Below are positions 60,283 through 64,000 of a stretch of DNA of 64,000 nt, piece by piece. Made by a program: the position numbers and the translations under genes. Under the pieces are notes generated by a model. It had not been told where the DNA came from. It ran no database searches and saw nothing but the letters and a program-made list of their open reading frames with translations. The stretch is from Takakia lepidozioides (taxonomy: Eukaryota > Plantae > Bryophyta), in assembly GCA_030704615.1 (NCBI GenBank), contig CM060731.1:37944001-38008000 (forward strand), read 5' to 3'. Each line of letters begins with the position of its first letter. The stretch's first letter is position 1.

Positions 60283-61338
60283 CAAAAAGCCGTGTCCTCA
60301 CGGTTTACTGTTTCCGAGTAGCAAACCTTTGTGAGTGAGCACCTTGTTGACGTTGAGAGTTTCGTGGCGGACTGTGTACGAGCCCGAGGTCTGTCTCTGG
60401 TTGACGGAGATGGTTGATCACTACCTGGATAATTGAGGCCCTCTGGAGGCTGATATCGAGGTAACCTTTCCGGCATAAGAGACCCCCGTCGCTTCTTTTC
60501 TGCCATCTGAATTGCATAGTCTTCTCCCATGTCAAAAGAATTATGTGAAGAAACAGTTGTATCAGAATCCTCATCATCTCTCAGATGTTTTAATTTTTGA
60601 ACCTTTTGTGGAATCATCTGGGGCATACAATGCTGTCCTACCATGTCTGGAAGTTTGCATTTTACAACTTGGTGTAACCGCTGAACAGCAAAATTGGTGT
60701 AGACACTGAGCTCCTTGTCTGTCCAGGTGAGTGGGTACAATTACCAAGTGCAAGTACTTCTATGCCACATGTCCCTTATAGAAAATGTCATCAAGTCCGA
60801 ATTTCTGTGTTGACAAATGGTTGCAGGCTGCTTGAAACCATGAACGAATTTGAGAATCCTTTTGCATCATAACTTTTGGGTCATATAGGTACATATGAGG
60901 TGGCACCGAAGGTAATACCCAATGATCTCCACTGGAGTAACTTTGAAAGCGTGTTTGCATCTTTTGTTGCTCAATGTGGTAACGTACCAGAAAACAAGCA
61001 GCGTAGTATAGCCCGCACCCCATGACAATACTTGCTATCTCCTTGGTCTTGGTATAAATGAGTCCATGTACAACCTGGAAAGCAACCAATTCCCTCAACA
61101 TGGTACCTGCCTCGTGCCAGTATTGTGCAAAGTGATGATCTTCAATATGTCGATTGTTTGGAAGAACTTTAGTCCTAGTTGCCACTGGCAGCCAAATACG
61201 CATGATTTGGTAGTAATGTGCGAATGACTGCGGAGGACTAAATTCTTTCCAAGCCAAATCCAACATGATGGGAATTTGGTTGAAGGGCATAAGCATAGCC
61301 CTGCTGTACTCCCTTGCAGCTGGAGTTTTAGGTGGGTC
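60283..61338 (-). pseudogene. ORF3 C-terminal domain retained in G5
   Basis: PPKTPAAREYSRAMLMPFNQIP...; stop at 60760 and a small deletion near 60735. Confidence 0.88.
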
Positions 61339-61928
61339 ATATAACCATATGGCAAACAAGTCTGAAAAGCTGTTCTTGGTGTGAGTTTGATCCACAAAAT
61401 ATCCTTTGGAATCCAATTCTTTACCAGTACAAGCTCTTCATGCATATGAGTATAAACATTCACCTTTCTTTCTTCCCAGCCTTCAAACTCTACTCGTTTA
61501 ATGGATAGCAATGCTATCACATAAACCAATGTTGGTAACCAACGTGCTCTTCCTCTACAGGCTACCTGATAAATCTTTATCACTCCTTTCTCCAGACCCC
61601 ATTCTGGATCAGCATCATGCACTCGTTTAAGAATATTTTCTTTACAACCGTCTGGCAATTCCAAGAACCTTTGAAAGAATCGTTTGGACAATCTTAATTC
61701 CTTCGTTCCACAGGGAATTTGATTCACTTCAAATTCTTTAATGGTCCAACCACCATGATCCCACCAGATGCCTGTCACATCTGGTTGTTCATGTCCCAGG
61801 TCCCCAGTATGGTCGCCAAATGTCGCGCGGCTTTTACTCACCCATCCCTTCGCTATCCGAGGCGGAAACTCCAAGATAGAAGAGTTGGAAATCTCTAAGT
61901 ACTCAGCCCGCGCAGAACAATCAGTCAT
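61339..61928 (-). CDS. ORF0, uninterrupted for about 197 codons from the LTR ATG to the deletion junction
   Basis: ORF 61095-61928 MTDCSARAEY...TCLPYGYM. Confidence 0.5.
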
Positions 61929-63106
61929 GACCTACAGCTAGTGTATCATGGGGGTGTTTTCCTATTTGTTTCCTTTCCGCATTCATCTTAGCTACCTTAC
62001 CATTGATAATTAAGTATCAGTTTGCTTCATCAATCTATCGGTTTCCTTCACTCTTTCATTCAATCCACAGCTTCACTCAGATCTCTCTACACAGTGTGAT
62101 TGTATCGTATAAGTATCAGATTATGATTTATCAGGTATCAGGCCGAAGCCATTGTGTCTCTAATCTGCTCTACAATATCACTACAGCTTTGCATATAACA
62201 AGCATCTACTAATCCTCTTTCCTCCTTCATCGTGCTCTCCATCCTTTGCTTCCGATCTCCGCTCCCGCCTGACTAAGAAGTCCTCCTGGAATAATGATCC
62301 CCCTCAATTCCCCGTTTTTCCCTTTATCTTCCTATCCGTAGTTCTAACCGTTTCCCTCACTAACCGTCGTCTGTGAACTAACATGTTCCCTTCAGGTGTT
62401 GTTCCCCACAGTCGTTCCCTGTCCTACTCTTCGTTCCCTATGATCGTGACAGCTGTGTCAAGCTGTGACTGGCTGTGTGAACTGTGACGGCTGTGACTGG
62501 CTGTGCGACTGTGTTTGGCTGTGTCGGGCTGTGACTGGCTGTGTGGCTGTGCCGGCTGTGTCGGCTGTGTCTGCTGCTGTGACGACTGTGACGGCTGTGA
62601 TGGGCTGTGTCGGGCTGTGTTGGGTGCTGCTGTGACGACTGTGACTGGCTGTGTGGCTGTGTTGGCTGTGATTGGCTGTTACTGGCTGTGTGGCTGTGTT
62701 GGCTGTGACTGGCTGTGTGGCTATGCCGGGCTGTGTCGACTGTGTAACCCCCTTCTACAGTGCGCTGTTGTCACCCCTAAGGCTCCTGTTGGTCTCAGTC
62801 TGTGCAAAAATTAAGGGTACCCTACAGATCCCGTATAAGTGTCTAAGTCCCCTACAGTCTGTGCAAAAATTAAGGGTACCCTACAGATCCCGTATAAGTG
62901 TCTAAGTCCCCTACAGTCCTCTAACAGTCCTTGAGGACCTGTTGTAGTTGTGGTGGAACTTCCACCAAGTGCTGGCCCTGAGCACTCCCTGCTACTGGCC
63001 CCACTATATTCACAGTATTCCCAGCTCCAGTTGCACTACTTCCCACACTCCCTGTCCCCCCAAAGCCAGATCCAGGCTACCCGCCTGATCCCCCTGAGCC
63101 GACACC

Positions 63107-64000
63107 TGTCGAGCGGCTTTTACTCACCCATCCCTTCGCTATCTGAGGTGGGAACTCCAAGATAGAAGAGTTGGAAATCTCTAAGCACTCAGCCCGCTCA
63201 GAACAATCAGTCATGACCTACAGCTAGTGTATCATGGGGGTGTTTCCTATTTGTACTCCTTCCCACATTCATGTTAGCGAGTTACCTTATTATCTGCAAT
63301 TAAGTATCAGTTTGCTTCAGAATTCTATCAAGTTCCATCCATTCATTCCACAGCTTCACTGAGGTCTCTCTACACAGTGTGAGTATGAAGTATGTATCAG
63401 ATTAATATCTATCAAGTATCAGGCTGAAGCCATGGTGTCTCTACATTACAATTCTACAGCTTGCATTCATCAAGTAACAACAGATCGTCACTTCTCCTAC
63501 TGCGTGCTCTTCATCTTTCCATTCAGAGATGTGCTCTCCCCTCTATTTCCCAGCCTTGATGTAAGAAGTCCCCCACCCAGAAGTGATCTCCAGACGTCCC
63601 CGCTCTTCGCTTTTTCTACCTACAAGCTGTTCTAACCGCTTTCCTAACTAACCGTCATCCATGTAGTACACGTTCCTTTTTCAGATGTCGTTCCCCCACC
63701 GTCGTTCCCTGCCAATGATAACCGTTCTCCAGTTGTGCCGAGCTGTGACTGGCTGTATCAGGCTGTATCGGGCTATGACTGGCTGTGTTGGGCTGTGTCG
63801 ACTGTGCAAAGCTGTGACGGCTGTGTGTCGACTGTGAGCTGTGTTGGGCTGTGTCGGACTGTGACGGACTGTGTTGGCTATGCGAAGCTGTGATGGGCTA
63901 TGTCGGCTGTGTCGGTTGTGTTGAACTGTGACGGGTTGTGTTGGCTGTGCGAGCTTGTGACGGGCTATGTCGGCTGTGTTGGCTGTGTTGGACTGTGACG
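63107..64000 (-). mobile_element. Family G LTR (subtype C) inserted in G4 gag; runs off the window
   Basis: LTR end CTCGACA at 63107 directly abuts gag sequence, with no PBS; similar to 16004-16967; CTGTG array at 63734-64000. Confidence 0.9.

Larger units (their letters stand above)
59140..62926 (-). mobile_element. G5: 3.8-kb non-autonomous family G derivative with both LTRs
   Basis: LTRs 61821-62926 and 59140-60267; TSD GTCCT at 59135-59139 and 62927-62931; PBS 61801-61818; PPT ~60271-60283; internal region is ORF0 joined at ~61338 to the ORF3 C-terminal part. Confidence 0.96.
52365..63106 (-). mobile_element. Family G element G4: partial LTR (52365-53010), RH-RT-PR (53011-55634), gag (57877-59139 and 62927-63106); hosts three later insertions
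   Basis: Collinear minus-strand domains; integrase and ORF3 removed by a deletion joining RNase H to the LTR array at CGGC 53007-53010. Confidence 0.88.

Overview
Eukaryotic, plant-type, transposon-dense window; no intact host gene is visible. Positions 747-6280 hold two nested Ty1/copia elements, a minus-strand copy inserted into the 5' leader of a plus-strand copy. About 6.3-12 kb holds decayed host-gene pieces, including a spliced TPR-protein pseudogene. From about 12.3 kb to the end is a nest of at least six copies of one non-chromoviral Ty3/gypsy family, here called family G (Athila/Phygy-like pol: PR-RT-RH-INT with GPY/F tail, no chromodomain, no extra RNase H seen), plus one copy of a distant relative (family H). 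The reconstructed G unit is about 13 kb: LTR - Arg-type PBS - extra 5' ORF starting inside the LTR - gag-pol with three zinc knuckles - phased 10-bp CACAG array - conserved non-coding block - about 1250-aa extra 3' ORF (ORF3) - PPT - LTR. The same CACAG motif is arrayed inside every G LTR. Matching target-site duplications delimit a solo LTR (GGGGC), a near-complete element (AAGAG), a young non-autonomous derivative (GTCCT) and an unrelated 2.2-kb TGT...ACA element with TIRs and a 4-bp TSD (TTAC). The best candidate for an undescribed system is the ORF3 accessory protein, whose C-terminal domain is conserved between families G and H and which I do not recognise, together with its own promoter-like block and the phased CACAG arrays. 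All family assignments come from motif recognition by eye; no database search was run. The 29-43 kb stretch has many 1-bp indels that may be sequencing-consensus errors.
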